Shown here in pieces: positions 24,434 through 36,300 of a DNA stretch of 64,000 bases (position 1 is its first letter; each line of letters begins with the position of its first letter). The translations under genes were made by a program, and so were the position numbers. The DNA is taken from positions 310,001 through 374,000 of the forward strand of contig BQFW01000006.1 in NCBI GenBank assembly GCA_020891255.1, read 5' to 3'. This DNA is from Entomortierella parvispora E1425. Taxonomy: Eukaryota > Fungi > Mortierellomycota. The notes beneath the pieces are model-generated. The model was given only the letters and a program-made list of their open reading frames with translations. It was not told the origin of the DNA and did no database searches.

Positions 24434-24780
24434 AACAAATAAATGGCGCTGTGATTGCTGACCATCAGATGATCAAGAGCATCATTCCACCTGGCTTCAC
24501 ATTTATCTTTGTTAGGCGTTCACCTTCCGAGAAACAAAGGAAACTCATGTAGTCAAAGTCAGCAATGGGGTTGTAACTCTTCAAATAAGGCCGTGCTGCC
24601 TGATATCCCAGAACGTTCGTCCATGGCCTAGCTTTTGACCGATTCCTGTGGACCCAGCTGAGGTGGCCATAGTGGGTTGGAGCGTTAACTTGTGAAAAGG
24701 GCAGATATGAACTGTAGCTGGTTAATATAGTAGAATGCACATCACTTTATGTCCATCCCACTTTTGATTCGCTCATCTCA

Positions 24781-25136
24781 GGAACCCTCTGCTCGAGCGT
24801 TAACGAGATTCCGGATCCCAAAGCATGCTGCCACTCATTGCCTCTAGCATGACAAGGCTTTGAGCGGTGTTAGATGGGTTGAAGGCAAGACAAGCCAAAG
24901 GGTCAGTCGCTTTCAAAAGCAAATGACCTCTCACATCTAACGCGCCTGAGTTGAAACCGCTGCCATCCAATACCAAAAGCAAAGGATGGATTGAGTGAGC
25001 TTTACGGCCCAAGAACCCTCTGCTGGAGTGTTAATGAGATTTCAGGATCCCAAAGCACGCTGCCGATCATTGCCTCTAGCATGGCAAGGCATCGAGCGGT
25101 GTTGGACGTGGCTAGAGGCAAGACAAGCCAAGGAGT
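24781..25136. repeat. Diverged direct repeat of about 120 bp, period 231 bp
   Basis: gaaccctctgct.gag.gttaa.gagatt.c.ggatcccaaagca.gctgcc..tcattgcctctagcatg.caaggc at 24782 and 25013. Confidence 0.8.
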
Positions 25137-25375
25137 CAAAACAAAGATCTCCTCCCGTCAAACGCGCATGAAATGGAACCACATCCATCCAGTACGGACA
25201 GCAAAAATGGTGGCCAGCCCCGTATATCAATAGCCAGTGTGAAGAAAAAGGGTGGGAAGGGTGCAGGAGGGTAACATATATACCTTCGACACGCAGCCAG
25301 AGATCTTGAGAGGTGCAGAGGGTCGCAAGGCACCTTTGATAGCTCGAATGAACGTGAACGCGGGTGAAGATAATA

Positions 25376-25445
25376 GGGCAACGACACAAGGTAAGACGGC
25401 AATGACACCAGGTAGGAGGGCAATGATACAAGGTAAGAGGGCAAT
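25376..25445. repeat. 21-bp tandem repeat, about 3.5 copies
   Basis: gggcaacgacacaaggtaaga / cggcaatgacaccaggtagga / gggcaatgatacaaggtaaga / gggcaa. Confidence 0.8.
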
Positions 25446-26639
25446 AGCCGCCCTCCTTTCTTGTGTGCCCAAGAGAATCACTTTTTGATTCTCTCTGGAA
25501 ATCACACAAAACGAAAAGAATGGCCTCTTGGCCTCGAAGAAAGAAAGCAGGCTAATGATACGCGGTAAGTCTTTGTATCCTTGACAGCGCAGTTCCGGCA
25601 GAACAGTCTCCCGATGTTGACTTGGAGACAAACTCTTGACAGACGGGACACTTGCCAGAGGACTTGGTAGTCGAGTGGGAGCGGGGCGAAAGTGCCAGTG
25701 AGGACGTCAACCGAATGTTAACGAATGTCAATTGACGAGAGCAACTTTCGGAAGTTGGGAGTTGAATACAAGATGTGCGGATGTGCGGGGAAATAAAGAA
25801 TCGTTAGATCCTGAATTGTACCGGTACCTGGATTGTGCTGGAGCCCAATTCCTTTTGTGTCCTATTGTGCTGATGTTCATCATGTGCCCTGTTTCCCTGT
25901 TGTCCTGCTGCTCACCATGCCCTGTTTCCTGTTGTCCTGCTGTTCACCATCTGTCTCGTCAAAATTCACAAGGTTCTGCATTTGGTTCGCATTTGGTTCC
26001 CATTTAGTCCGCATTGCCAGATTGCTGGCTCACAACATCAGGCTTGCTTACGCATGCATAGCAGCCACATGATGCCGCAATATGAAGTCTTCCTTTAAAA
26101 AGCGCTCTACTTTAATCAGCACTGTGTTTTCTGTCCTTACCTCGTGTTGCTCAGACTTGACATGATCATGAATGCCTTTCATGAAAGGGCGATAATAAGG
26201 CACGGGATGATTCGAGAAAGGGGTTGGGGACATAGTCGTTCGAGTGTTAACGGTATGCTGTGGTCGTTGTAAGGTTGTTTCTATGCCAAATGTTCAAGAG
26301 ACCGGCCGTGGTCAGGATGGAGATGGCAGGATGGCACGGTCGAGAGAAAAAAAACGCGTTGATATAGCACACGATTCGAGTGAGAGCATTTACGTACACT
26401 CTTGCCAGTAAGGTTCTCATTTTCCCTGCAAGGCAGGAAACGGCTGATGGTATCAAGTGGCACGGGTCATTATTGTGTTGCCACCGTTTTATCTCTTCCC
26501 GCCTTCTTGCTTCTTACCATCAAGTTCTGCTCCCAACTCTGTATTCTTCAGCTCTCTCAGCTCAGCTTTGGTCTCCTCAGCTCCTCATCCCCGCAGCTCT
26601 TTGTTCCTTGGCTCCCTGCCCTTTGTTACTCAAACACTC

Positions 26640-29600
26640 AGCCTTGTGCTTTCTCAGCTATCACTCCACTTTGTTCACAGCATCATGACTGTCCATTTTT
26701 ACTGTCTCTTTGAAGGCGAATATAAGTCTCAAGCCTTCAAACCCAAGGGCATCTCCTTGTCCAACGAAGTTGATGATCTCAAGCGTGCCATTCAGAAAAG
26801 GATTCCGAAAGATCGCTACAAACCTGAGGCGAGATACCTCATCCTCCGACACGTATCCATTCCCGATGGCAAGGACGAGTCTCCCATCATGCTTAGTGAT
26901 GTTGTGATCGAAATGGAGCTGAAGGACCCAATGAAACAACTCGGCGCCTTGTTCCCTGAAGATCCTGACAGGGCCATACTCATACTTGTGTGCTTACCTG
27001 TACCAGGTGATTATATGTTGTTTCTTTGCCCTGCCATATGCACTTGTTGCTGTAGTACTCACTCTTTTTAATTTTTACTTTTTTTTTTTTTTTTTGTTGA
27101 TTCTTAGCTCAAAAAAAAAAAAAAGAAAAAAGAAATCGCGACGACGATGAAGGTGAGTAACTGTTTACCATAACTGTTTACCATAACTGTTTACCATTCA
27201 TTCCACCATTCATATGTATATTCTAGAGTACTGACTCTGCTTTTTCTTTTCTTCCACCAGAGCGTTCTGCTAAGAAAGTCCGCTCCAGTTCAAGAACGAT
27301 AAAGAGGGCCATCGCAACAGCTGGATTCACTGAGAAAGTTGTTGCTAAGGGAACTTACGACATTTCGCTACTAAGTAGCGAGGAGAGAGTCAGGCTTCTT
27401 GATGCCCTTGGCCAGGATGTGGGAAAAACGGAGACCTTCATTTCATTGTTTAATACTGCCATCCAGCTCCGACACATCAGCGCGAACATTGAAGAAATGG
27501 ACAGAATATCAGCCCCGGGTGACGCTCGTTTTCCTGTCATCGATTCAAAGGATCTCTACATCAGAAAGTCGTACCAGGTTCTTTACAAAGAAATTCTCGG
27601 GCATTATGAGAGGACTGATCCGCACGACCCCAGCGCTCGGAATCAAGTCATCGTCACAGGGACATCTGGAATCGGCAAATCAGCTTTTCTGTTATACTTC
27701 GCTATCCGTCTTCTTGTTGAGAGCGCTGAAGACAACCCTCCTATCATCATTTTTCACACCAAGCGAAGAAAGGCATGTTTCGCTTTCGGAGGGTGCTCCA
27801 GTGTCCGATTTGGATCCATCGAAGAATTCATGCCATTTCTCATCCTACCTGATACGTGGTATCTTGTTGACAGCTCCAAAGATCCGGAACTTTCTCTGGC
27901 CAAAACCATCATATCGGTTTCTCCGCAGACCATGTCTTCCGAGAAATATAAGCTTGTCGACGAAAAGGTTCCATGGAGATATTACTTGGGCCCGTGGAGT
28001 CTTGAGGAACTAACGGACTGTTGGTGCAAGATTGCTCGATTCCAAGCTATCCCTTTGTCCCTGGTGGAAGAGCTTTACTCGGAAATTGGTGGTATACCGA
28101 CATATGTGCTGGAAACCCCGACAAAGGTATGATGTACATTGAACCCTCCTGGTGTTTGCCAAGGAGGTGTTGCTGAATGTTATCAAGTTGTTATCATCTA
28201 CTAATGCCTTCTTTACTGGGCCTCGATTACTGACGTTGCTAGATATTAGCAAAAAGAACAGGGACATTGCAGGACGCCAAGAGCAGCTCATGTCAACATG
28301 TTAGAGAGGCTCTCAAGAATATCACCGGTCGGGAGGTGTTGTTCCAGTATATTTTACAACAGAAAAAAGCATTGGAGTTCAGCAGCAGCCTGATCCATCT
28401 CTGGCCCTCGGAGGATCTCGTCAACTACCAACTTCAGTGGGCTTCAAAGTCCATTGGAGACAAGGTTGCCGATCAGTTGGATGTTGACGACCTGAGACCT
28501 GTATTGGCGCGTTTGGAGAAGGAAGGGAGTGTTACAAGACTTCTATCAGAACCCTTTTTCCTTCGTGAATCCCGAGAGGTTAGGTTGGAGATTTGAAAAG
28601 GTGTTTGATCTAGAGAGAGAGAATACAGACAACTCTCTAGCAAGCATGTGTTAAAGATCGATGTCGCGTCAAGAGCTATTGCAAAATCACCGAAGTTGGG
28701 TCTTGTTTGTATCACTAAATAGCAAAAGAAAAAAAAATTGCTCTCTTATCTTCAGGCAACCGTCATTCTCCTGGAATCAACGCACACATTTCTCAGTGCT
28801 CAACTCATCATAGCGCAACACATAGAATAAACAACTGTGGCTGATGTGCTGTCTTCGTCGCTAGTCCTTGAAAGACGTTGGAACCACCTATACTCTCTTA
28901 CATTGACGGCATCCAGACTATCTTAAATCCCAAGTGCTAGCCTGCGCCATCAGTGTTTCTTAGGGTGTGGACCCTCTTCCAAGACTTCATTCTCTTCTGT
29001 AGATGCGCCAACGCCTCCTTGCCAGGCTAGTACACCTACATAATACAAGATGGTAAATAAAGCCAACGTATGGCATGTTGCCATCAGCTTTCCACAACTT
29101 ACTTTTCCACGCTGATTACCAGTGATTATTGAGTTTTCTGCATGTCTCTCTCTCTTCTCTTTCTTTTTTTATTTCTTTTCGGTTTCCTCTCTCTTCATCT
29201 CGCTGTTTCTTCAACCCTCTGTTATTCAGCTTTACATTCCTTAGCCTTTTGCTTTCTCAGCTATCACTCCACTTTGTTCACAGCATCATGACTGTCCATT
29301 TTTACTGTCTCTTTGAAGGCGAATATAAGTCTCAAGCCTTCAAACCCAAGGGCATCTCCTTGTCCAACGAAGTTGATGATCTCAAGCGTGCCATTCAGAA
29401 AAGGATTCCGAAAGATCGCTACAAACCTGAGGCGAGATACCTCATCCTCCGACACGTATCCATTCCCGATGGCAAGGACGAGTCTCCCATCATGCTTAGT
29501 GATGTTGTGATCGAAATGGAGCTGAAGGACCCAATGAAACAACTCGGCGCCTTGTTCCCTGAAGATCCTGACAGGGCCATACTCATACTTGTGTGCTTAC

Positions 29601-30370
29601 CTGTACCAGGTGATTATATGTTGTTTCTTTGCCCTGCCATATGCACTTGTTGCTGTAGTACTCACTCTTTTTAATTTTTTTTTTTTTTTTTTTTTTTTTT
29701 TGTTGATTCTTAGCTCAAAAAAAAAAAAAAGAAAAAAGAAATCGCGACGACGATGAAGGTGAGTAACTGTTTACCATAACTGTTTACCATAACTGTTTAC
29801 CATTCATTCCACCATTCATATGTATATTCTAGAGTACTGACTCTGCTTTTTCTTTTCTTCCACCAGAGCGTTCTGCTAAGAAAGTCCGCTCCAGTTCAAG
29901 TACGATAAAGAGGGCCATCGCAACAGCTGGATTCACTGAGAAAGTTGTTGCTAAGGGAACTTACGACATTTCGCTACTAAGTAGCGAGGAGAGAGTCAGG
30001 CTTCTTGATGCCCTTGGCCAGGATGTGGGAAAAACGGAGACCTTCATTTCATTGTTTAATACTGCCATCCAGCTCCGACACATCAGCGCGAACATTGAAG
30101 AAATGGACAGAATATCAGCCCCGGGCGACGCTCGTTTTCCTGTCATCGATTCAAAGGATCTCTACATCAGAAAGTCGTACCAGGTTCTTTACAAAGAAAT
30201 TCTCGGGCATTATGAGAGGACTGATCCGCACGACCCCAGCGCTCGGAATCAAGTCATCGTCACAGGGACATCTGGAATCGGCAAATCAGCTTTTCTGTTA
30301 TACTTCGCTATCCGTCTTCTTGTTGAGAGCGCTGAAGACAACCCTCCTATCATCATTTTTCACACCAAGC
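26640..30370 (+). repeat. Near-identical direct duplication of about 1.13 kb: 26640-27764 and 29243-30370
   Basis: Exons and introns match, including the 13-bp ctgtttaccataa triplet. Visible differences are poly-T length and rare substitutions. Confidence 0.95.
26685..28596 (+). pseudogene. Crinkler (CRN) effector-like gene copy 1: ubiquitin-like header plus P-loop NTPase, with the REase core deleted; exons about 26685-27006, 27108-27152, 27261-28126, 28243-28596
   Basis: Header MTVHFYCLFEG...VDDLKRAI...LILRHV...ILILVCLP; Walker A GTSGIGKS; GGIPTYVL. After LLSEPFFLRESRE the sequence jumps to a remnant (KHVLKIDV..., about 28640-28715) matching the extreme C-terminus of copy 2. Confidence 0.8.
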
Positions 30371-31676
30371 AAAAAAAGACATGTTTCGCCTTTGGAGGGT
30401 GCTCCACTCTCCGATTTGGATCCATCGAAGAGTTCATGCCATTTCTCATTCTACCTGATACGTGGTATTTTGTGGACAGCTCCAAAGATCCGGAACTTTC
30501 TGTGGCCAAAACCATCATATCGGCTTCTCCCAAGACCCTATCTTCTGGCGAATATTGGATACAAGCAATTTGAGCACAAGGTGCCGTGGCACTACTGCAT
30601 GGCCCCATGGGATCTGGACGAATTAAAAAAATGTTGGCACGAGCTCGCACATTTTCAATCGGTCCCTTTGGATCTCGTGGAAGAACTCTACTTCGATATA
30701 GGAGGCGTGCCTAGATATGTCTTGGAGACGCCAATGGTGGTAAGTTATGCAATTTGTGCCCTAGGTGTTAGCTATAGGGAGGCATTTTAGAACAATTCCA
30801 GGTGTTTTCATCAACTAATGCTTTCTCTACTGGTACTCAACTTTGGATCTGTAGGTTTTGAAAGATGCGAATTCTACTCGTGATCAGGCTAAGGAAAGCG
30901 CATTTAAACGCATCAAACAAGCTATCAATGCCATCAAAAGTGCGACAGAACTAGTGCAGTACTTTGCACAAGGGAAAGATACACTAGAGTTCAGCAGTCG
31001 TCTGTTTCATCGATGGCCTTGTTCAGATGATCTAAGAAAATACGATTTGCGATGGGCCTCACAGACTATCATGGACATGGTCACTGATCGGCTGGGACAG
31101 GACACTTGGAGCGACACTTTGAAGAGGCTCCTAGATGAACCCGGGGGGGCTGCTAGCGGGCTTATGTTTGAGTCGTTCGTGCTTCGTGCATTCCGAGAAG
31201 GAGGCCACACTTTCGAGCTCAGGGGTCTTGAGGAAAACGATAATAAGGAAACTACCACATTGAAGATCCCTTTGAGACCAGAGATCAAAAACTTTCACAC
31301 GTTTTCCTCAACTGAGCCGGGTCAACTCTGGATTCCGAAGAGTCGTAACTTCCCCTGTGTTGATATGTTGTTTTCTTGCAAGGACTTGTTCCAAGTTACA
31401 GTGTCCAAGAACCATTCGATCAAAGGGCCACCGCTATCGAAAATTATCGATGATCTTGTTGAATGTGGCTGGATTACCTCGGCAGATGGACTTCGACTTA
31501 TTTTTGTCGTTCCTGCCAACATTTTTGATGACTTCAAAAAACAACCGTACCTGAACTCCTCAGGGGACACGTACTCTAATCACTCAAACCACATCCATCG
31601 AGTGAGGCAGTACGTGATGAAGATCGATATCGGGTCAGCGGCTGCTGGAAGGTCACTTGGATTGGATTTGCAATAA
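29288..31676 (+). pseudogene. Crinkler effector-like gene copy 2: header, NTPase and REase, with a frameshift near 30545; exons about 29288-29609, 29714-29758, 29867-30739, 30855-31676
   Basis: Same header and Walker A as copy 1. REase motifs WIPKSRNFPCVD, LFQVTVSKNHSIK, LIFVVP, RQYVMKI. The main frame stops at 30573 while the homologous KVPWHY..GGVPRYVL continues in a shifted frame. Confidence 0.82.
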
Positions 31677-31726
31677 AGTCAGTATATTCGTCGCACTCAA
31701 GGTCGAGGATAAAGGATTAAAGGATT

Positions 31727-31959
31727 GAGACGTGCTGTTTCGGGAGTTCTTGTGCAATGCACTTCCACACTTGACAGAGAGTGAGCTGGCTTGTGGTTAT
31801 GAAAATCTCTGTTCCTATAGTTGCAGTCTTTACAGGTACAGGACAACAGGTTGCTTCTTTACACAGAGCAGGGACAGTTGCATTTGGTATCCATTGGTTA
31901 AGACAAGGGAGATTATAACATCAGCCTTCAGGGACGTTCAACACAATCAGGGCTAAAAT
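31727..31959 (+). pseudogene. 3' tail remnant of a paralog of the NACHT-HEAT NLR
   Basis: gagacgtgc.gtttcgggagttctt...ttgtgcaatgcact.ccacacttgacag.gagtgag...ttacacagagcagggacagttgc aligns with 24160-24430, with small deletions. Confidence 0.88.
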
Positions 31960-32010
31960 TAGGGTCGTCACCATCCCCTCCGACGGTCAGTGAGGATGGT
32001 GACGAGCCTA
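31960..32010. mobile_element. 51-bp miniature foldback element, 17-bp TIRs (1 mismatch), apparent 9-bp target-site duplication
   Basis: TAGGGTCGTCACCATCC ... GGATGGTGACGAGCCTA, flanked by GGCTAAAAT (31951-31959) and GGTTAAAAT (32011-32019). Absent from the homologous site at 24420-24433. Confidence 0.65.
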
Positions 32011-32185
32011 GGTTAAAATCTTAAAATAATTGGCGTTCACCAAATTGAACAAGGGGAAAATGCACGCTTCCCCCACATGTTGGCGTGCGCTCAATTGAGT
32101 CACAGTCAAGAAAATTTCATGCCCATTCCCTCCCCGCTTCACGCCATGCCCCTTTTCTGCTTCCTTTCTTCGCATCCAATCCATT

Positions 32186-32688
32186 ATGTCGACGTCACTC
32201 AAGAAATTCACCAAGTTCGTCCCGGCCACGCTGGCTAGAATTCAAGCAGGAACCCAAGTCAACCTACGCGATAAGCATATCGAGAAGCTAGGCTCTTTTG
32301 ATCTCAAAACAGTCAACGGACTGGTCAAACCGCTCCCTCCGATGCAAAGAAGTGGACGTACCCGAACGCCTGTTCTCTTCGATCGCCCTACAGGCTTCAG
32401 CATGAGCCTTCACATTATCGCCGACTGTTTCGGTGATACAAATGTGGACATGTTCATTATTTAGGGGGGGCACCTCGATTTCAGTGAACCCGGTCCTCTT
32501 GCACGAGAGAGAGGACCACTTTTTTGCTGCAGTGTTCAAAACCCATGCCCCTGACCGAGCTCAACGCTAAAATGACCAATCTCCTCGCGTGGAATGCCAC
32601 CCACATGAGCATGGATGCGTACGAGGAAGAATATATGGCTGGTGAGGACAACGACAGCCTAGATGTCAAATATCCTAAGGAAAACTAG
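32186..32688 (+). pseudogene. Tse2-like ADP-ribosyltransferase homolog, copy 2 (frameshift near 32345, nonsense TAG near 32461)
   Basis: MSTSLKKFTKFVPATLARIQAGTQVNLRDK...; 3' end MDAYEEEYMAGEDNDSLDVKYPKEN* is collinear with copy 1. Confidence 0.65.
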
Positions 32689-33308
32689 ACTCTCCTAGAG
32701 GAACTGCATTTACCAGACTGCATTAAAGTGGTAGCGCAGTAGTTGTCAGACAATGGAAAGGCTGTGGTGTATGGATACATGTTGCTTACAAAAGCCAAGA
32801 GTTGAACACAGACAGGCCGGGCATGTTAGTTCACTAGAAAGGTATCTGGAGGGATCGCGCACAATGAGTCGAGCTCGCATCAGGGTACATCAAAAATTAT
32901 TGTGCCAGAGTGAAAAAAAAAAGCAAGACCTAATGCTGTCGTTGTCACTGGCTTTTAGAACAAAGATAAGAAAAATAATGGCGATAAGATTGTGGATGGA
33001 GATCATGACAACGAGTAAAGACGGGCGAAAGGATGGTCCGAGAAAACTGATTGTTCCTGCTACAGAACGGATCACGGACCATTAGGACATGTCTATATCG
33101 CTTCCATGAACACCTTTTTCCAATAGAACCTTTTTCAATGCGAAAGACTCTCGTAAATATCCCTCATCCAAGTTGATTGTGGCTAAATGGAGAGCTCGAA
33201 CAGATGGAAGGTAGGGAGGAAAACGATATGAAATGAGTTCTTGGTGAAGATAGAACAACTTTCAGAGAGAATCCTCATTGGTCTTAGGAAGAGATGGTGG
33301 TAAAGATG

Positions 33309-36300
33309 TCACACGACCCTTGAACGCCTAACGACCATCAACGGACCCACAGCAGCTTCCGTAGCCTTCTGCTCTTCCCCCGCCTTCTTTTCTTCCTCCT
33401 CTTCACCTTCTTCCTCGTCCTGATTGCCCTCGCCATCCTCTTTAACGATCTCAACATAGTTAGACGGAAACCAGCCCTGACGGCCTTGACAATAGCCGGC
33501 CCACCAGCCCGACTCGAGCTGGGCCAGGACTTGGATGATGTCACCCTCCTTGAGTGCCAGGTTGGTCACATCTTCGGATTCAAAGTCGTACAGAGCTCGG
33601 ACAGTGACTTGAACTTCAAGCGCCGCTTTTGATTCTAATCCCTTCTTTTATCGAAAAAGGGAGGGGGATTAAATAAGGTTAGAAGGATATCAGTGTGGAG
33701 GTGCTGATACTGGGTACTTTATACCTTCGTCGTGGTGTCCTGAGCAGTCATGGTCACCTTTGGAGGGTTTAATAAGATCTCCAGGGGTCTCCCACGAGCT
33801 AGGGAGCGGATCTTGTCCAGGGACGACGAGTGGACTCTAGTTCCTTTCAAATTCAGAATTTTCAATGGTTCTTCCAACCAGTAGTTGGCTGCAAAGATAT
33901 CCTGCTCGGACACATCTGATCCAGAGAGATCCAACTCCTCCAACGACTTTCCCTTCAGGAATTGGAAAAAAGAGATCCATAACATGCTCGATTGGTTCAC
34001 ATTGCGCAAGTGGAGTATCTTCAGTTTAGGTGGAGTCAAGATTAACCGCCTCATCGAAAACATCCAAGAAGCTGCATCTCTGCCCAAAATTTGGCCGTCT
34101 AAAGCGATCCGGAGTGAGGTCATGACGGGAAATACATCCCGATCCGAGAAAGAAGTGGCTAGCTCTTGGATCCACTTCTCGATCTCAGATCCTCGCAACA
34201 CCAGCTCGTGGATAATACCATTGTTCTGCTGCAGCATACTGACGACCACCTCCGGAATCGTTTCATTGCATTCACAAACAAATGCAAAGTGTGTCAGGTG
34301 GTGCGACCGTACCAGGATCTGCCGGAGAGAGTCGAATACCCTCTCTGTAAGGCTCGTTGACGAGAGTCGCAAAGTTCTCAAGCTCGATGGGGGCTTGCTT
34401 GATACTCGTTCGCACCACAGTGCAGCGTCCTTTTCCGAAAGCAGAACACTCTCTGTATCCAAATGTTCCACGTAGTCTCCCAGATCAAACAATGTATCTC
34501 CTAGATCATTACTGAAGTCGAAGTAATCCAAGGGTATGTCATTGTGGTGGGTTGCCCTTGGTCCACGTAAAATTAGCTTCGGGGGAGCATTTGGCAAGAT
34601 ATCCAAACTCCTTTGCCCATCACAGAGGTGGTGCTCCCATTTGGACTCGTCTTGTGATTCGAAGACTCGGGTTAATTGCCATAATTCAGCAAACTCTTTG
34701 ACAGGGCAGTGAATGTAGAGCTTGGAACTGACCAAGTATGGCAAAACGCGAAGCAGGAAGAGGTTTCGTAGTTCTTTTTTCATCTGGCTTCCATTAGAGC
34801 AGAAAACCGTCAGGGACGATAACTTGGACCTAGAAATTACGTGAATCATGTCACCGACATTAATCGTATTCAATTCTGAAGTATCCACTGAGATTTGCTT
34901 GTATGTTGAAGGGAAAACCCGAGTCCATTGCTCCATCCGGTCGAGCATCTCAGAAGTAATCGACACTTGAGCCTCTGATACCGCTTCGTCTACGCTGAAA
35001 AACTCGTTACCAGTGGTGGACGTCCAATTGTTATGCAGCCTGAATTGCGCGACACAGACATTATCAAAGATAATAGTGTTCGCCTCGTCAGTCAATCGGA
35101 GACAACGCTCCGTTCCATCTGACGACAAGGCCACTCTGAGGTATTCGAGGTTTGTTGGGATCAATTCCGTTGTGCAGTGAAGAGTCAATTTTCCATTGCG
35201 TAGGTTCCGCGCCATCTGCACGATGAAATCTACATCATCCTTGTAGTATTGAACATCCAAAGAATCGAGGGTGCATCGTCCAATAATGTCAATAGTGAGA
35301 TCCTTTGCATCGCGTCTGAGAATTCTTGGGTCAACTGTCAGGCTCTTGAGGTTCGTGTCTTCCGGCTGAATGAGCTTATCCAAGAATGAAATGACCGAGT
35401 CCGAGATCAGTGTGTATACACCAAGCATGCTTGGCAAACACCTAAACATCTCATAAAACTCCTCCACTGGTATGTCGAGGTTGTCGTTGCAAATTGAAAT
35501 ATCTGCTGTCTCGTTATCTTGGATGTCCGTTAAAAATATTGAGTTTACGCCATCACTCAATTGAAGTCGACCGCCCATGTCGGAAGAGACAAAACTTCGA
35601 ATAGATTTGAAGAATTGACAAATCTGGCCCTCCAAGCAGTGAACATCAAGCAAAGCGTCCTTTAGTTTTGGTGTCACCTCTTTAATCAACCTCCAGAGCA
35701 AACTCGAATCCGCGGAGAAGGTTTTGAGCCGAGTGCTGACCTGGATAGAAAGTTCCTCGAGAGCTGACCTCTGAATAACCAAAATAGCGTTATCGACACC
35801 CTTGTCATCGAGGATAGAGATATCCATCTGAAGAAAGTTGATGCGCGATATCTTCCTGGTGTTCCTCTCGAGCCTGGCAAAGATGTCATTGGTAAGCGCT
35901 ACTGATTTTCCACATGAGCGCGGGGCTGCTCCAAATACGTCCAAGAGGCGATCAAAATCCGAAGAATCGTCTACCAGATCGATCTCGGCTGTACTGAGAT
36001 CTCGAATGTCGCTCATGATCAAGATGTTGTTCTTATCCTTGTCGTGGAAATAGGAGCGCCGAATTCCCTTTCCGTTCTCGACGATAGAGCCGCGAGCGTC
36101 GAAAAATCGGCCTGCCTCAACCTGAAGAATGATCTCTTTTAGATCCTTAGCCTTGGAGAGGAATTGAGCGAGGTGGTCCATATCGGATGTGACATTAATG
36201 GCTGTAGCGAGCTTGGTGATGAAACTAAGAGCCGCGATGTCTTTAGTACAATCCATGGTCGAAAGTGAAATGTCAGCAAAAGAATTTCCTTGAATTTCGC

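Noticed and set aside
31960-32015. Helitron 3' end (hairpin plus CTAG)
   Set aside because: CTAG is only about 2 nt from the stem and is followed by G rather than T. The flanking 9-bp duplication fits a TIR element better.
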